Shown piece by piece: positions 29,849-32,000 of a DNA stretch of 32,000 bases. The stretch comes from Candidatus Saccharimonadota bacterium. Lineage in GTDB: Bacteria; Patescibacteriota; Gracilibacteria; BD1-5; UBA2023. Numbering within the stretch: position 1 is the first letter of the stretch; each line of letters opens with the position of its first letter. The notes below the pieces were generated by a model that saw only the letters and a program-made list of their open reading frames with translations, did not search any database and was not told the DNA's origin. Location: positions 1,230,001-1,262,000 of the forward strand of contig OY970170.1 of the NCBI GenBank assembly GCA_963706795.1, read 5' to 3'. The translations under genes were made by a program, and so were the position numbers.

Positions 29849-30985
29849 TTATTTCTCCAGGATATCAAAATAAGACCTAAATACGAAGAGTCGATTTCTT
29901 TTGTTGCCAGTGATTTCCACAAGTATGCCAAGCTTCACAAAATCTTGTATGAGATCGTTTGTCGCTTTTGGGGAGAGATCTGTAATCAATTGCACGTTTC
30001 GCGAAGATACGATGGGCTTCTCGAAAAGTTTCTCAAGCAAGGTATGTGCGCTTTGCATCTTCCTTCCAAGAGTGGGAAGTGAATTTTTGGTATGATAGTC
30101 TTTCAGATCTAGGACTGCCTTGAGCGAAAGCGTTGCTTCATTTGCAGTTTGTTCCACTCACTCAAGGAAGAAAAGCACCCAAGAGAGAAGATCGTTTTTC
30201 TCTCTAACCCAGGTGAGCTTGTCGTAGTAGAGGGATTTGTTCTTTTCGAAGAAATCAGATACATACAAGAGTGGTCTATGGAGTATACCGTTACTTACTA
30301 GATAGAGCGGTATCATGAGTCTCCCAGTTCTGCCGTTCCCATCGAGAAATGGGTGTATAGTCTCGAACTGATAGTGAGCTATGGCAATCTTTATGAGATG
30401 AGGAAGTCACACGGCGTCATTATGGAGGAATTTCTCTAGATCAGACATGAGATCACTTACGTGTTCTTGACTCGGGGGTATAAATTTTGCATCAGACAGA
30501 CCCGCACCGCCAATCCAATTTTGACTCGTTCTGAATTCTCAGGGACTCTTATCCCTTCCTCGCACATGAGAGAGAAGGATCTTGTGGATTGATTTAATCA
30601 AGCGGTTTGAGAGTGGGATATTCTCAAGTTCTTCGATAGCAAAATTGAGAGATTCACGATATTGAATAGTTTCCCTCCAGTCATCCCGTTTTTCTGGTTG
30701 GATATCTCATTCATCAGAAAAAGCCTCTTCAATATTGGTTTTTGTTCCCTCTATTCGGCTTGATGTGACCGCTTCCTTCATGACATATGATTGAAGGAAA
30801 AGTTCGATATTTGGGACAAATTTTGAAAAGGAATTGAGCTCACCAAGCTTAAATGATGCGGATTCAAGTTTCTTCTGAAGAAGAGGATGTGAAAAAGTCC
30901 ATTCATGATTTATGGTTTCAGGAAGGAAGTACTTATACTGATAAGCATTTCTCCAAACTCCAGATGTAAAGGTCTCGATCTGCAT
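29849..30985 (-). CDS. Fic-family protein (AMPylase-type; 378 aa)
   Basis: Fragments 30707-30985 and 29849-30157 are in one frame, with four in-frame TGAs. The N-terminal block is [15 protein letters not shown]. The Fic motif [12 protein letters not shown] lies at 30355-30320. The C-terminal wHTH-like region is [25 protein letters not shown]. Stop is TAA 29849-29851. Confidence 0.9.
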
Positions 30986-31025
30986 AGAAGTAAATTATAT
31001 ATTTCTATAATTTAGTTTATCAGTT

Positions 31026-31059
31026 AAAAGTAAAATTACAATATCCATATTTTACTTTT
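31026..31059. other. AT-rich perfect hairpin in the hsdM-fic spacer
   Basis: AAAAGTAAAAT (31026-31036) pairs with ATTTTACTTTT (31049-31059) across a 12-nt loop. The stem is entirely A/T apart from one G:C pair. Its role is unknown; it could be an attenuator, a processing site or a binding site. Confidence 0.3.
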
Positions 31060-31071
31060 GAACGTTATCCA

Positions 31072-32000
31072 CTAAAGCTCAAATCCTATCTTCGCAAGCT
31101 GTCTTTTGATCTCTTCATCGAGTTCTTTCTCTCGTGCCATCTGCTCACCGAGCTTAGTGGTGAGTTCTTTCATCTTTACTTCAAATGGAATCCCATCGTC
31201 AACTGCGTCTACAATCCCAACATATCGACCTGGAGTAAGTACAAATCCATGTTTCTCGATGTCAGCGAGGCTTGCAGACTTACAATATCCTTTCTGATCT
31301 TCGTAGGTATTCCCTTTTCTCCAGTTGTGATACGTTTCAGCGATCTTATTCATATGATCTTCGGAGAGATCTCTATGAACACGATCCTTCATATATCCCA
31401 TCTCAGAAGCATCGATGAAAAGCGTTTCACCTTTGCGCTCTGTTCTCTCACGTCGGAGAAACCAGATACAGGCTGGGATACCAGTATTGTAGAAAAGTTG
31501 TTTTGGAAGCGCGACGATACAGTCTACGAGGTCTGCAAGGACGAGCTTTTTGCGGATTTCTCCTTCTCCACTTGTATTAGATGAGAGTGAACCGTTAGCA
31601 AGAACGGTCGCCATGACTCCATGAGGCGCAAGGTGGTAAAGCATATGTTGAATCCATCCGAAATTCGCATTCCCTGAGGGTGGAACTCCGTATTTCCAGC
31701 GCGCATCGTCTTGGAGGATATCGACTCCCCACTCTGATTGATTGAAGGGCGGATTTGCGATGATAAAGTCAGCCTTGAGATCAGGATGCTCATCACGAAG
31801 AAAAGAGCCCTCTGTATTCCAACGCACAAACTGCGAGTTGATATTACGGATTGCTAGATTCATCTTTGAGAGTTTCCAGGTTGTTTGGTTACTCTCTTGG
31901 CCGTAGATAGTGATATCTTTGATATTTCCCTGGTGTTCTTTGATGAATTTCTCACTCATTATGAACATACCACCGGAACCACAGGCTGGGTCGTAAACAC
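31072..32000 (-). CDS. hsdM: Type I restriction-modification methyltransferase subunit, partial (N-terminus beyond window end)
   Basis: The track ORF 31072-31968 frame continues to the window edge (..[15 protein letters not shown] = SAM-binding motif I). The catalytic motif is [14 protein letters not shown]. It continues [29 protein letters not shown]. Stop is TAG 31072-31074. Confidence 0.95.
   Translation of the reverse strand, partial: VYDPACGSGGMFIMSEKFIKEHQGNIKDITIYGQESNQTTWKLSKMNLAIRNINSQFVRWNTEGSFLRDEHPDLKADFIIANPPFNQSEWGVDILQDDARWKYGVPPSGNANFGWIQHMLYHLAPHGVMATVLANGSLSSNTSGEGEIRKKLVLADLVDCIVALPKQLFYNTGIPACIWFLRRERTERKGETLFIDASEMGYMKDRVHRDLSEDHMNKIAETYHNWRKGNTYEDQKGYCKSASLADIEKHGFVLTPGRYVGIVDAVDDGIPFEVKMKELTTKLGEQMAREKELDEEIKRQLAKIGFEL

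Noticed and set aside
1-32000. The heavy fragmentation of recognisable genes (HsdR in 5 pieces, the ABC transporters in 3 each, and so on) could be read as a degraded, pseudogene-rich region.
   Set aside because: Every break is a TGA and never a TAA, TAG or frameshift. The fragments stay in frame, and the TGAs coincide with conserved glycines. This is recoding, not decay.
1-32000. UGA read as Trp (table 4) or as selenocysteine.
   Set aside because: The positions are invariant Gly in Walker A (GxxxxGK[ST]), GGDEF, ABC and NAS motifs. Trp is encoded by TGG at typical positions. UGA is also far too frequent for Sec, and it does not sit at redox-active Cys-type sites.

Overview
This window only makes sense if UGA is read as glycine (translation table 25, the code of Gracilibacteria/Absconditabacteria-type Patescibacteria). 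In-frame TGA codons fall on invariant Gly positions of three Walker-A loops, the GGDEF domain, two ABC ATPases, DUF1287, nicotianamine synthase and a nucleotidyltransferase GS motif. Under that code the fragmented standard-code ORF track collapses into about 26 contiguous genes. Three are absent from the track altogether: the left-edge repeat protein, a 296-aa secreted protein and a 292-aa nucleotidyltransferase. Left to right the window holds:
- a secreted protein of tandem Ig-like modules (partial);
- a GGDEF diguanylate cyclase, a small hypothetical gene, and a pair of half-size ABC exporters;
- a DUF1287 protein;
- a 1076-aa envelope protein (peptidoglycan-binding domain, Pro/Ala/Lys linker, Gly-rich hydrophobic core, MORN/YwqK-like repeats) preceded by two unknown genes;
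- a small unknown gene, a P-loop kinase-like protein, a membrane-anchored coiled-coil protein and a small membrane protein;
- a zinc-homeostasis operon (Fur/Zur-like regulator, nicotianamine-synthase-like enzyme, COG0523 GTPase with a long C-terminal extension, unknown protein), with palindromic operator candidates shared with a divergent hidden gene;
- a 709-aa protein with a C-terminal phosphoribosyltransferase-like domain;
- an eight-gene same-strand defence operon: hsdM, fic, 3-TM protein, hsdS, SMODS/CD-NTase-like nucleotidyltransferase, SLATT-like 2-TM effector, hsdR, GNAT.

The most interesting items are three. First, a CBASS-like pair lies hidden inside the type I R-M operon. Second, there is a metallophore-type zinc cluster. 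Third, in two genes the only sensible 3' end is a TGA followed directly by an intrinsic terminator, which conflicts with uniform UGA=Gly decoding. All calls come from manual translation and motif recognition. No database search was possible, and start codons are the least certain coordinates.
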